A stretch of DNA of 64,000 bases from an uncultured delta proteobacterium (lineage in GTDB: Bacteria > Myxococcota > Kuafuiibacteriia > Kuafuiibacteriales > Kuafuiibacteriaceae). The notes below the pieces were generated by a model. It saw only the letters and a program-made list of their open reading frames with translations. It made no database searches and was not told where the DNA came from. Shown here in pieces: positions 46,788 through 58,573 of the stretch; the first letter of the stretch is position 1; every line of letters begins with the position of its first letter. The translations under genes were made by a program, and so were the position numbers. The stretch lies in NCBI GenBank assembly GCA_963803435.1, contig CAWDML010000009.1:1753510-1817509 (forward strand), written 5' to 3'.

Positions 46788-47945
46788 TCATCGGCCGCAG
46801 CCGTCGAGCAGGACGACCAGCGCCTGCAAGAGCTCCGTGAGCACCTTCTTCTCGAAGACCTCGATCAACACGGGGACCACCTTCTCGACATCCGGCCGCG
46901 AGAGCAGCACCACCAGCAGGCTCTGGAGGTCGTCGCGGATGGTGAGGTCGGTCCGGATCACGTAGAGGGCGTCGGCGAACAGATCGAGCTCCGCCTCGAG
47001 GCCCGGGCTGGCGAGCGCGCCCTGGAGCGAGTCGAGGAGGTCGCCCAGCCCGACCTCGCGGGTGGCGATCAGGTCGTAGCCCATCCCGATCACCGCGTCG
47101 CGCTGATCGGGGTGCTGCATCCCGCAGCGCATCGCCTGCTGGAGCGGCGGGAGGACCCCGGCGGCCGGCGAGGTCGCCTCCTCGAGGAGCGACACCAGCA
47201 CCTCCATCTGATCCTGGAGGTCGCGATCGACGACCGGATAGACCGCGGACTGGAGCAGCGTCTCCACGCGATCGATCGAGAACCGGTCGTCCGCGACGAA
47301 CGCCATGATCTGCGCGAGGAGCGAGATGATCGCCGGCTTACCCGTCTCCGCGTTGCGCTCGAACATGACCAGGAACGGCTCGATGCGCGGGTTGGCGAGG
47401 ATCGGCCGGAGCGCGTCGAGCAGCGCCACCAGCCACGGCTCGTGAAAGCTCGGGCTCTCGAGCCGGAGCAACAGCTCGGCGGAGGTCAGCAGATGATCGG
47501 GGTTGCAGACCTTCACGAAGTACCCGATCGCCTGCGCCGCGTCGTAGTGATCGCGATGATCGAGTCGGCCGTCGAGGAACTCCAGGACCAGCACGATCAG
47601 CGGCGACAGCTCCTGCTCGAGCTCGGCGCGCGCGGCCACGTCGGCGATGTCGTGCGTCTTGTTGAGCCCGAGCTCGCTGACCAGCCGGATGATCGCGTTG
47701 AGCACCACGCGCAGCGAGGGGTCGGGCTGGGGATCGTCCTCGCTGGGGACGAGCCGCGACAGGAGAACCTCCTTGAGGGGCTCGAATCTTCCCTCGTCGA
47801 CGAACGCGAGGAGGCGCGGAAAGAGCGTGGCCGTCGTGCCGCACGGGCCCGGCTCCGCCGCGGGGGCGAGGTAGGGCGCGTCTCGATCGGTGTCGAGGTT
47901 GCACCCGGCCAGCGCGAGAAGCGCGACACACGCACGAATGCGCAC
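46788..47945 (-). CDS. All-helical hypothetical lipoprotein
   Basis: GTG start MRIRACVALLALAGC (lipobox). Leu-rich helical body, adjacent to the FadL-like gene. Confidence 0.7.
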   Translation of the reverse strand: MRIRACVALLALAGCNLDTDRDAPYLAPAAEPGPCGTTATLFPRLLAFVDEGRFEPLKEVLLSRLVPSEDDPQPDPSLRVVLNAIIRLVSELGLNKTHDIADVAARAELEQELSPLIVLVLEFLDGRLDHRDHYDAAQAIGYFVKVCNPDHLLTSAELLLRLESPSFHEPWLVALLDALRPILANPRIEPFLVMFERNAETGKPAIISLLAQIMAFVADDRFSIDRVETLLQSAVYPVVDRDLQDQMEVLVSLLEEATSPAAGVLPPLQQAMRCGMQHPDQRDAVIGMGYDLIATREVGLGDLLDSLQGALASPGLEAELDLFADALYVIRTDLTIRDDLQSLLVVLLSRPDVEKVVPVLIEVFEKKVLTELLQALVVLLDGCGR

Positions 47946-48039
47946 AGCGGGCCGTCTTTTCAGATGTACGGCCTCTGGGTCAATGGACAGAAATCGGACG
48001 CTTGCAATCCGTCGCACCGGCTGCCTAGCGTCCGGGCCA

Positions 48040-49413
48040 ATGAGATCGGTCCTCCTGGGAACGGCGCTGTTGCTCGCGTCGTGCGCCAACCACAACGGGG
48101 CCGTCAACGGCGGCGACGAGATGGATTCGCTCGCGATCCCGTTCGAGCGGTACACCCTCGACAACGGGCTGACGGTCATCCTGCATCGCGACAACCGGCT
48201 CCCGCTGGTGGCCGTCAGCGTCTGGTACGACGTGGGCGCCCTGCACGAGCGGAAGGGCCGGGCCGGCTTCGCCCACCTCTTCGAGCACATGATGTTCCAG
48301 GGCTCGCCGGACGTGGGTGTGGACCAGCACTTTCCTATCCTCGAGTCGATCGGGGCCACCAGCGTCAACGGGACGACCGAGTACGATCGGACCAACTACT
48401 TCGAGACGGTCCCCTCGAACGAGCTGGAGAAGGCGCTCTGGCTCGAGTCCGACCGCATGGGCTTCCTCCTGGTCTCGCTGACGCAGCCGTCCTTGGACAA
48501 CCAGATCCAGGTGGTCCAGAACGAGCGCCGGCAATCGATCGAGAACCGGCCCTACGGATTGATGAACGAGAAGATCATCCAGAGCATCTATCCGCCCGAC
48601 CATCCCTACTACGGCAACGTCATTGGATCGCTCGAGGAGATCCAGGCGGCCACGCTCGCCGACGTCCAGGACTTCTTCCGCACCTACTACACGCCGGCCA
48701 ACGCCACGCTCACCATCGCCGGTGACATCGATCCGCCGGCAGCCAAGGCGCTGGTCCAGAAGTACTTCGGCACCCTCACCGGTCGCCCCAAGCCGCCCAA
48801 GGTCGAGGTCGCCCCGCCCACGATCGCGGCCGAGAGGGTGGTCGACTTCGAGGAGCCGGTGGCGCGCCTGTCCAAGATCTCCGAGGTCTGGATGGGACCG
48901 TCCGCGTTCCACGACGACACCGCCGCCCTCGATCTGCTGGCGCACGTGATCAGCGGGACGCGCTCGTCGCGGCTCGACAAGCGCGTCTCCCACGACGACC
49001 TCATCGCCGAGAGCGTGACCGCGTACTTCCAGGAGACCAAGTCGGGCGGGATGTTCCAGATCGATCTGGTGGTGCGGCCCGACCGCACGCTCGAGGAGGC
49101 GCAGAAGGCGATCGACGAGGTGCTCGCGGATCTGGCGAAGAACCCGCCCACCGCCGCCGAGCTGGAGCGCGCCGAGAACGCGCAGCTCACCAAGCTGATC
49201 CGCGGCCTGGAGACCCTGGGCGGCTTCGGCGGCCGGGCCGAGCGGCTGCAGCTCTACAACAACTTCTTCGGCGATCCGGGCCGGCTGGCCTGGGACCTCG
49301 ACCGCTATCGGAAGGTGACGCTGGCCGACCTCGACCGGGTGCGCGCGAAGTATCTGACGACGAACCGACTGATCATGCGGGCCGCGCCCAAGCAGAAGGA
49401 GGCCCGACGATGA
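48040..49413 (+). CDS. M16 family zinc peptidase, catalytic subunit (lipoprotein)
   Basis: LLASC lipobox, HLFEH inverted zinc motif, NGTT..DRTNY, LESDRM. Confidence 0.93.
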   Translation: MRSVLLGTALLLASCANHNGAVNGGDEMDSLAIPFERYTLDNGLTVILHRDNRLPLVAVSVWYDVGALHERKGRAGFAHLFEHMMFQGSPDVGVDQHFPILESIGATSVNGTTEYDRTNYFETVPSNELEKALWLESDRMGFLLVSLTQPSLDNQIQVVQNERRQSIENRPYGLMNEKIIQSIYPPDHPYYGNVIGSLEEIQAATLADVQDFFRTYYTPANATLTIAGDIDPPAAKALVQKYFGTLTGRPKPPKVEVAPPTIAAERVVDFEEPVARLSKISEVWMGPSAFHDDTAALDLLAHVISGTRSSRLDKRVSHDDLIAESVTAYFQETKSGGMFQIDLVVRPDRTLEEAQKAIDEVLADLAKNPPTAAELERAENAQLTKLIRGLETLGGFGGRAERLQLYNNFFGDPGRLAWDLDRYRKVTLADLDRVRAKYLTTNRLIMRAAPKQKEARR

Positions 49414-50864
49414 ACGCGCTCTTCGCCGCGCTGATGCTCCTCTCCCAACCGACCGCCGAGAAGAAGGCGCCGCCGCCCCCCGCCGAGATCCCGACGGTCC
49501 CCGAGTCCGAGAAGTGGCGGGCCCAGATGCCGGCGTCGGGACCCGCGCACACGCCGGTGCTCCCCAAGTTCGAGACGGCCAAGCTCGAGAACGGCCTGAC
49601 GATCATGGTGGCCACCGTCGACACGCTGCCCCTGGTGTCGTTCACGCTGGTCACGCAGGGCGGCTCTGCGCTCGATCCCACCGACAAGGCCGGCCTCACC
49701 GCGCTGACCTACTCGATGCTCGAGGAGGGGGCCGGAACGCTCGACGCCCTCGCCTTCTCGGATCGCGTCGCCGACCTGGGCGCCACCTTCGGGAGCTCGA
49801 GCGATCGCGATCGCGGCGACATCACCATCAGCGGCCTGGTCAAGAACGCCGACGATATGCTGGCACTGGTGTCCGACGCCGCGCAGCGGCCCCGCCTGAC
49901 CGACGCCGACTTCGAGCGCCTCAAGCGCCAGACGATCGCCAGCCTCATCCAGCAGCGCAGCTCGCCCCAGGGCCTGGCCTTCGAGGTCTTCCCCGCGCTG
50001 ATCTACGGCAAGGATCACCCGTTCGGGCACCCGCCGAGCGGCACGCCGCAGACGCTGGCCAACGTCCAGGCCGCCGACGTCCGGGCCCAGCACGAGCGGG
50101 TGCTCGGGCCGAACACCTCGGCGTTGATCGCCGCGGGCGACATCACGCTGGCGCAGGCCACCGCGCTGGCGAAGAAGCACTTCGGGAACTGGAACCATTC
50201 GGTGCCCGTCGTCGCGCCGGCCCCCGAGGTCGCGCCCGAGAAGCGCAGCTCCGTCGTGCTGATCGACAAGCCCGGCTCCCCGCAGACGATCGCGATCATC
50301 GGTCGCCCGCTGTTCGGGCGCGGTCACCCCGACGAGGTCCCGCTCCGGCTGATCAACGAGGTCTACGGCGGCAGCTTCTCGTCGCGGCTCAACATGAACC
50401 TTCGCGAGGACAAGGGCTACACGTACGGCGCCAGCTCGCAGCTGGCCTTCCGCCGCGGCGTCGGCGTATTCCTCGCCTACGCTGCGATCCGTACGGACGC
50501 GACCGCTCCGGGCCTCGGCGAGTTCTTCAGCGAGCTCGACGCGCTGAAGTCGAAGCGCCCGACCGGCGACGAGATCTCGCGCGCGCGGTCCGGGATCATC
50601 CGTTCGCTGCCCGGACAGTTCGAGACCACCGGCGCGATCGCGGGCGCGGCCTCCAGCCTCTTCGTCTACGAGCTCCCGCTCGACTACTACGAAACGCTTG
50701 CGGCCCGGTACACGGGCGTCGGCGCCGAGGCGATCGTGAGCGCGGGCGACACCTACCTGATCCCCGACGACATGAAGGTGCTCCTCGTCGGCGACGCCAA
50801 GCAGATCCTGGAGCCCGTGAGCCTCCTTCGCCTCGGCGAGGTCCAGGTCCGGAAGATCGAGTAA
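49410..50864 (+). CDS. M16 family peptidase, non-catalytic subunit
   Basis: LENGL start, no HxxEH, SRLNMNLREDKGYTYG (R/Y pair). Confidence 0.9.
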   Translation: MNALFAALMLLSQPTAEKKAPPPPAEIPTVPESEKWRAQMPASGPAHTPVLPKFETAKLENGLTIMVATVDTLPLVSFTLVTQGGSALDPTDKAGLTALTYSMLEEGAGTLDALAFSDRVADLGATFGSSSDRDRGDITISGLVKNADDMLALVSDAAQRPRLTDADFERLKRQTIASLIQQRSSPQGLAFEVFPALIYGKDHPFGHPPSGTPQTLANVQAADVRAQHERVLGPNTSALIAAGDITLAQATALAKKHFGNWNHSVPVVAPAPEVAPEKRSSVVLIDKPGSPQTIAIIGRPLFGRGHPDEVPLRLINEVYGGSFSSRLNMNLREDKGYTYGASSQLAFRRGVGVFLAYAAIRTDATAPGLGEFFSELDALKSKRPTGDEISRARSGIIRSLPGQFETTGAIAGAASSLFVYELPLDYYETLAARYTGVGAEAIVSAGDTYLIPDDMKVLLVGDAKQILEPVSLLRLGEVQVRKIE

Positions 50865-50967
50865 ACCCGGAATCTTTGCGGCGGTTTGGTCCGCCGCGTG
50901 TTTCGAGCGAAGATCGGATTCGTACGCCGGGAACCCCCACGGGTTCTCGCGCGTTGGAGTCATCAGC

Positions 50968-52671
50968 ATGAAGCGCAGTCTGGTTGTCCTCGGCACCCTC
51001 GGAACGCTCGGCCTCGCCCCCGTGGCCCACGCCGCCGCCCCCGCCCCCACCCAGATGGTCATCGACCTGAAGGACGACACCACCGACGCCGACGAGCGGG
51101 CCATCGAGGCCGAGCTCGGCGGCATCGACATCCGGCTCAACTCGATCTGGTCGGCCAAGTCGCGCGTCTTCATCGCCGACACCGGCGGCATCGGGATGGA
51201 CAACCTGATCGAGCGTATCAAGCACGATCCGCGCGTCGAATACGCCGAGCCCAACTACGAGTACGAGGCGCTGATGGTGCCGGACGATCCGAAGTGGGAG
51301 GCCCAGTGGTCCTTCCGCATGATCGACGCCCCCAACGCCTGGGAGATCGCCACCGGCAAGGGCGTCACGGTGGCCGTCATCGACACCGGCGTCGCCTTCG
51401 AGAACTACAAGCGCTTCCGCACCGTCGAGGACCTGCGCGGCACCGGCTTCGTCAAAGGCTACGACTTCGTCAACGACACCGAGCATCCGAACGACGATCA
51501 CGGGCACGGCACGCACGTCGCGGGCACGATCGCGCAGACCACCAACAACGGCGTCGGCGTCGCCGGCATCGCCTACGAGGCCAACATCATGCCGCTGAAG
51601 GTGCTCAACAAGAGCGGCTTCGGCACCGCCGCCGACATCGCTGATGCGATCCGCTATGCCGCCGACGAGGGCGCCCAGGTCATCAACATGTCGCTCGGCG
51701 GCGGACCGCGCTCGCTGGTGATGCAGTCGGCCGTCGCGTACGCCCACAAGAAGGGCCTGGTCGTGATCTGCGCCGCCGGCAACACCGGCCGCGGCCGCGT
51801 CGAGTATCCCGCCGCCTATTCGGGCGCGTTCGCCGTCAGCTCGGTCGGGCCCACGAAGGAGCTCGCCTTCTACTCCAGCTACGGCAAGGAGATCGCGGTG
51901 GCGGCGCCCGGCGGCGACAAGAGCCAGGGCGAGACCGGCGGCATCATCCAGAACACGATCGAGCCCCGCAAGGTCGACCGGACCGACGGCTACTACTACT
52001 TCCAGGGCACCTCGATGGCCGCTCCGCACGCGGCCGGCGTGGCCGCGCTGGTGATGAGCGCCGGCGTGACCGACGCGGATGCGGTCGAGAAGATCCTCAA
52101 GGAGACCGCGACCGACGCCGGGAAGCCGGGTTGGGACGAAAAATACGGCTACGGCATCCTCAACGCGGGACGTGCGGTCGAAGCCGCCAAGAAGACGACC
52201 AGCGGCTGGGCGCAGTTCGGCGCGATGCTGCTCGCCATCGGCGCCTTCCTGCTCCGCAACAAGCGCCGGCTCGGCGCGCGCACCATGGCGCTCGCCTTTG
52301 CGGGCGCGGTCGTCGGCGGTTCGGGTCTATTCTTCCTCGACGTCCCCGTGCTCGGCACCGCCATGCCCGCGTGGGATCTGGCCCTCGGCGCCGCGTGGCA
52401 CTTCGCCGCACCCTGGGTGTCGGTCCTCCCGCTGCTGATCCTCTCGGTCCTGCTGATCGGCGTCCGATCGGTGCGCGGTCTCCTGATGGGCCTGACCATC
52501 GGATGGGCGTCGTATCTGTTCGTCGCAGGCGTGACGATGCCCGCCGACGTCCTCTGGATCCCTGGCCACGCCGGTCTGCTCGATCGGGCCTGGCTCCTCC
52601 TGAACAGCGGCGCGCTGGCGTTGCTGGCCGGCGTGGTCGCCGCGGTGCACGCCCGTCGTCGCGCGGTGTAG
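50968..52671 (+). CDS. S8 subtilase with C-terminal multi-TM anchor
   Basis: Triad motifs VAVIDTG, HGHGTHVAG and GTSMAAPH. Signal peptide and propeptide, about five TM segments at the C-terminus. Confidence 0.92.
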   Translation: MKRSLVVLGTLGTLGLAPVAHAAAPAPTQMVIDLKDDTTDADERAIEAELGGIDIRLNSIWSAKSRVFIADTGGIGMDNLIERIKHDPRVEYAEPNYEYEALMVPDDPKWEAQWSFRMIDAPNAWEIATGKGVTVAVIDTGVAFENYKRFRTVEDLRGTGFVKGYDFVNDTEHPNDDHGHGTHVAGTIAQTTNNGVGVAGIAYEANIMPLKVLNKSGFGTAADIADAIRYAADEGAQVINMSLGGGPRSLVMQSAVAYAHKKGLVVICAAGNTGRGRVEYPAAYSGAFAVSSVGPTKELAFYSSYGKEIAVAAPGGDKSQGETGGIIQNTIEPRKVDRTDGYYYFQGTSMAAPHAAGVAALVMSAGVTDADAVEKILKETATDAGKPGWDEKYGYGILNAGRAVEAAKKTTSGWAQFGAMLLAIGAFLLRNKRRLGARTMALAFAGAVVGGSGLFFLDVPVLGTAMPAWDLALGAAWHFAAPWVSVLPLLILSVLLIGVRSVRGLLMGLTIGWASYLFVAGVTMPADVLWIPGHAGLLDRAWLLLNSGALALLAGVVAAVHARRRAV

Positions 52672-52936
52672 TGCCACTGTTCCCTTGCGTCCGACCCGGG
52701 GTCCTCTGCCATAATTCTCTCAGAGCGAAACTCAAGTCATCCCAACGGGCGAAGCCGCCGTGTCGACCGGCCGGAGATGCGGCGCATGGGATGGATGGGA
52801 GGAGCGAGAAAGAGACTTCGTCGGAAAAAAACGAGAGTCTGAAAAAACCAAAGTCTTTGCCGCAATAAGCGGCTCGTTTGTGGGAAGGGCGCCGTGCTTG
52901 ATTGCACCGCGCCCTTTCTCTTTGATCCGAGCACCC

Positions 52937-54136
52937 GTGCCGAACGCCCCCCTCCTCCTCTACACGCGACCCGAGACGGGCGAGCTGATGCGCCGGCGCT
53001 GGCAGGTGATCGTCGTCGACGGCGACGATCGCGGCGCCTCTGCCGAGCTCGAGGAGACGCCGGCGTTGATCGGCGCCGCCCCCGCGTCGACGCTCGTGCT
53101 CACCGACGACACCGTCTCGCGCTATCACGCGGAGGTCGACGTGTTCGCCGAAGGCATCCGCGTCCGCGACCTCGACTCGACCAACGGCACGTACCTCGAA
53201 GGCGAAGCGCGCGTCCGCGAGGGCTTCGTCGAGAACGGCGGCACGTTCCGGGTCGGCCGCACCACCATCCGCACCATCGCGATCGACGAGTCGGCGGCGT
53301 CGGAGATCCCGACCGATCCCAACCTCAAGGCGCCGGGCGGCGTCCTCGAGATCGGCGGCGCCATCCTGGCCTCGGATCCGATGTTCAACCTGATCGACAA
53401 CCTTCGCCGCGTCGCCACCTCCACCTCCGCGGTCCTCTTCCGCGGCGAGCGCGGCTCGGGTAAGGCCACCATGGCCCGCATCCTCCACTCGTTCAGCAGC
53501 CGGGCCCGGGCGCCCTTCGTCGCGGTCACCGCCGCCGATCTCCACGGTGAAGACCACCGCATCTTTCTGCGCGCCCATCGTGGATCGCTCTTCATCGAGG
53601 ACATCGAGCGCCTCGATCCACGCGTGCAAGCAGAGTTGCGAAGCGTGGCCGACCGCGGCGAGGTCCGTCCGGTGGGCGACGACAAGGTGCTCCGCGTCGA
53701 CGTCCGCCTATTCTCCGCCACCACCGTCGACCCCAAGAGTGACGCGCGGCTCGATCCGGTGCTGCTCCGCCGCCTCTCCGTCGTCGAGCTGATCGTTCCG
53801 CCACTGCGCGACCGGCCGGAGGATGCCCTGGCGATCGCCCGCCACCGCCTCCGGGCGCTGGACCTCCTGGTCGGATCCAAGGTGGAGGCGGCGATCCGGA
53901 CGAACGCCTGGCCCGGGAACGTCGACGGGCTGCTCGCCGCCCTCGCCCACCCCCTCGCGGGCGGCCCCCTCACCGGCCCGCTCCTCGACGACGCGCTGGC
54001 GGCCCGCGCCGGCGACGTCAGCGCGCTGGCCGAGGCCCTCGAGATCTCGACGCGCGGCCTGTTCGGCTGGCTCGCCGCCTACGACGTGGACCTTGAGACA
54101 TGCATGCCACACGGGGGTCCCTCCACCGACAGGTAG
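52937..54136 (+). CDS. Degenerate FHA-AAA enhancer-binding-protein homolog lacking GAFTGA
   Basis: FHA intact (TVSRYH, DLDSTNGT). GERGSGKA Walker A, LFIEDI Walker B, ESELFG/GAFTGA loop absent, WPGNV retained. Confidence 0.8.
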   Translation: MPNAPLLLYTRPETGELMRRRWQVIVVDGDDRGASAELEETPALIGAAPASTLVLTDDTVSRYHAEVDVFAEGIRVRDLDSTNGTYLEGEARVREGFVENGGTFRVGRTTIRTIAIDESAASEIPTDPNLKAPGGVLEIGGAILASDPMFNLIDNLRRVATSTSAVLFRGERGSGKATMARILHSFSSRARAPFVAVTAADLHGEDHRIFLRAHRGSLFIEDIERLDPRVQAELRSVADRGEVRPVGDDKVLRVDVRLFSATTVDPKSDARLDPVLLRRLSVVELIVPPLRDRPEDALAIARHRLRALDLLVGSKVEAAIRTNAWPGNVDGLLAALAHPLAGGPLTGPLLDDALAARAGDVSALAEALEISTRGLFGWLAAYDVDLETCMPHGGPSTDR

Positions 54137-54177
54137 ACGGTTGTCGGGCGCAATCCCATCGTCCTAATTCGGGAGGG

Positions 54178-55296
54178 ATGAAGCGCCTCCCCCTCCTCCT
54201 GCCCCTGCTCCTCGCCACCGCCTGCTCCAAGAGCTCCGACGACGGCGCCGTCCTCAAGGACGCCGGTACCACCGACACCGGCGTCGCGCCGGACTCGGGC
54301 GTGGACCTGGGCTTCGACAGCCAGGCGGTCGCCACCAGCCTGGCCAGCGCACAGTGCGCGTTCTTCACCCGCTGCGTCCCCGAGTACTACGACGCCAACG
54401 CGACCGACGAGACGGCCTGCGTCTCGAACGCGGTCGAGAACCTGATGGCCGCCTACCAGGACTACGCACCGCTCATCCAGGCCGGGCGCGTGGTCTACAA
54501 CGCCGACATGAAGGACGCGTGCGTGCAGACGCTCCAGACCACCGACTGCGTGCTCGGCCTCGCCGACGGGAGCCCGTGCGATCGCGTCTTCACCGGCACA
54601 CAGCAGGCGAACCAGCCCTGCTTCTTCGCCAACGAGTGCGCGCCCAATCTCTACTGCGCCCGCGCCCAGGGTCTCGGGACCTGCGGCGCCTGTGCGGTCT
54701 CGCCCGGCTCCGGTCAGGCGTGCGACGCGTTCACACCCTGCGGCGAGAACACCGGCTGCGTGAACGTCGCCCAGGCGCCCAACCAGGATCTCCGCTGCGT
54801 CCCGACCAACGCGCAGGAGAACGATCCCTGCTTCACGCTCGAGACGGGCCTGTGCCAGGGCGACCTGTCCTGCACCGGCGACAACACCAACGGCTACCTG
54901 TGCAAGCGCCCGAACGGACCCGGCGCCACCTGCGACAATCAGACGTTCGCGTTGCCCGACTGCGACGTCAGCCGGGGCTACGTCTGCGACGGAACCATGT
55001 GTACGGATCTCGACTGGTCGGATCTGAACGGCACCTGCGGCGAGACCACCGCCTGCCGCGAAGGGTCCTGTGCGGGCACCACCTGCGCTCCCCTCCCGGG
55101 CGCGGGGGAGTCGTGCATGGACACGGGAGCTTGCGGCGACGACGCGTTCTGCGACGGCAGCAACTGCCTCCCCCTGATCGCGCAGGGCCAGGCCTGTGAC
55201 TACAGCTACGAGTGCACCGGGACGCTGCTGTGTCTCGGCGCCGGGGTGAGCCGGCCGGGCAGCTGCGGCCCGCTCGACTGGCAGCTCTGCCAGTGA
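54178..55296 (+). CDS. Cys-rich repeat lipoprotein
   Basis: LATAC lipobox, helical Cys domain, then repeated G(Q/E)xC...C...C modules. Confidence 0.8.
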   Translation: MKRLPLLLPLLLATACSKSSDDGAVLKDAGTTDTGVAPDSGVDLGFDSQAVATSLASAQCAFFTRCVPEYYDANATDETACVSNAVENLMAAYQDYAPLIQAGRVVYNADMKDACVQTLQTTDCVLGLADGSPCDRVFTGTQQANQPCFFANECAPNLYCARAQGLGTCGACAVSPGSGQACDAFTPCGENTGCVNVAQAPNQDLRCVPTNAQENDPCFTLETGLCQGDLSCTGDNTNGYLCKRPNGPGATCDNQTFALPDCDVSRGYVCDGTMCTDLDWSDLNGTCGETTACREGSCAGTTCAPLPGAGESCMDTGACGDDAFCDGSNCLPLIAQGQACDYSYECTGTLLCLGAGVSRPGSCGPLDWQLCQ

Positions 55297-55344
55297 CGAA
55301 GGTCCCCCTGGATCTCCGCACGGAAGCAACCTAGCATCCGCGCC

Positions 55345-55683
55345 ATGCGAACGCCTCTGGCGCTCTCGTTGGCGCTCCTCCTCGGAACCGGTGCGCTCGC
55401 GTGCGCACCTCGTAACACCAAGACGCACTACGAACGCTGGGCCGAGGAGGCCGAGAAGCGAAAGGCGGAGGAAGCTGCGGAGGAGGCTGCCCAGGAGAAG
55501 GCGACCGCCACCGGGATGAAGCAGACGCCCCCGGCCTCGGGCAGCAAGGCGAAGACCCCGCCGCCCCCGACCTCGAACTACAGCTCTCTCCCGCCGAACG
55601 ACACCCCCGCCATCACGCGGACGGCCACCAAGAGCCGCGTGGTCAAGCCCGACGACACCAAGGACGAGGACGTCATCTACTGA
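55345..55683 (+). CDS. Small hypothetical lipoprotein
   Basis: ALAC lipobox, charged helix and P/T-rich tail. Confidence 0.65.
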   Translation: MRTPLALSLALLLGTGALACAPRNTKTHYERWAEEAEKRKAEEAAEEAAQEKATATGMKQTPPASGSKAKTPPPPTSNYSSLPPNDTPAITRTATKSRVVKPDDTKDEDVIY

Positions 55684-55687
55684 GCCC

Positions 55688-57100
<1,413 letters not shown>

Positions 57101-57157
57101 CCGGTCGCACAGCACCTTTCTTGACAGGACCTCCGGTAGCGCTTCCGATCGGCCCCA

Positions 57158-58558
57158 ATGCGCATCGCCACGGCGCTGCTTCTCGGTGGATTGTTGCTGT
57201 CGGGCGAGGCCGAGGCCGCCTGGCCCACGCACGTGCTCACCGCTGTCGAGAAGGAGAAGTCGATCCCGGACATCCACGTCGAGGTCACCTACGACCGACA
57301 CGCCAAGAAGGCGCGGATCACGCGGGAATGGATCCAGGAGGAGAACGGCGCCAAGACGGCGCTCGACGTCCGCGAGCTCGACTACTCGGAGATCACGCAG
57401 CAGATGCTGATCGCGCTCAGGATCGGGCTCTTCCGCGATCTCGAGCTGCACATCATCGCGCCGATCGTCTTTCAGAACGACAGCAAGATCAAATTCGCCG
57501 AGGGCGTCGAGAGCCGCTCGACGATCTACGGCAGCGTCAACGCCGACGACCGCGCCTACGACTACCGCTTCCCCATCACGCAGGTGCCCGCCGAGCGCGA
57601 GCGCGCCGGCTTCGGCGACATGACGTTCGGCCTCTCCTGGTCGCCGTTCGTGGAGAGGAAAGACGAGGCCTGGCCCACCCTGACGCTGCGCGGTGACATC
57701 GTCGCGCCCACCGGCAAGCGCCGCGACCCGAGCGATCAGAACGCGCTTCCCGGAGGCGACGCCGGCTCCGTCGGGCTGGGCGAGACGATCTTCGATCTTT
57801 CGATCGGCGTGTCGAAGCGGATGAGCTCGAGCGCCCCCACGCTCGATCCGTACATGCTGTTCGGCGCCCTGATCCCGATCCCGACCTCACAGCAGAAGGC
57901 GATCGGCCTCGATCCTTCCCCGGTGGGTCAGTTCAAGGTGGGCACCGAGCTGATCATGTACGAGGACGACCAGACCTCGCAGTACTACGCGCTCGATTTC
58001 GCGTTCAACTTTCGCTACATCGGCATCGGCCGCACGTTCAGCGAGCTCTCCGACTACCTGCCGAACTTCAACCAGCGGAACCCGCGCTCGCTCGACCCTG
58101 GGATGCAGACGCAGCCTCGCGACACCTTCATCTACGAGGACTATCAGGACCCGAACAACTACAACACCAAGCTCGACGGGGCGAGCTGCGGTGCTGTCTC
58201 GGGCACGCCCTGCGGCGAGCTGACGCGCGTGGACGAGCACATCCAGATGGATGGTAGTGTCGCGGTCCACATCCAGCCGGTCCAATACGCGGTCATCCGC
58301 GCCGGCATGTCGATCGGGATCGACACCGACCACCTGATCACGGCCGAGAGCGTCGGCACGGACCTCGACGGCCCCGAGGCCCAGAACCAGCTCTGCAGCG
58401 GCGCGCCCTGCGTGGGCCGCGTCAACGCTGTGAACTTCACCGGGCAGGACGAGCGGTCGAAGTACTACGACCCCCGCTATGACACGCCGGGCCGTCGTTT
58501 CCGCGCCGAGCAGATCACGAACTTCACCTTCTTCGTGACTGCCGCCGCGACGTTCTAG
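57158..58558 (+). CDS. Putative outer-membrane beta-barrel protein
   Basis: Signal peptide (AEA/A), GFGDMTFGLSW and PTG motifs like MetA-pathway/transporter barrels, two Cys pairs in loops, terminal FFVTAAATF. Confidence 0.6.
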   Translation: MRIATALLLGGLLLSGEAEAAWPTHVLTAVEKEKSIPDIHVEVTYDRHAKKARITREWIQEENGAKTALDVRELDYSEITQQMLIALRIGLFRDLELHIIAPIVFQNDSKIKFAEGVESRSTIYGSVNADDRAYDYRFPITQVPAERERAGFGDMTFGLSWSPFVERKDEAWPTLTLRGDIVAPTGKRRDPSDQNALPGGDAGSVGLGETIFDLSIGVSKRMSSSAPTLDPYMLFGALIPIPTSQQKAIGLDPSPVGQFKVGTELIMYEDDQTSQYYALDFAFNFRYIGIGRTFSELSDYLPNFNQRNPRSLDPGMQTQPRDTFIYEDYQDPNNYNTKLDGASCGAVSGTPCGELTRVDEHIQMDGSVAVHIQPVQYAVIRAGMSIGIDTDHLITAESVGTDLDGPEAQNQLCSGAPCVGRVNAVNFTGQDERSKYYDPRYDTPGRRFRAEQITNFTFFVTAAATF

Positions 58559-58573
58559 TAGCTTCCGCCGGCC

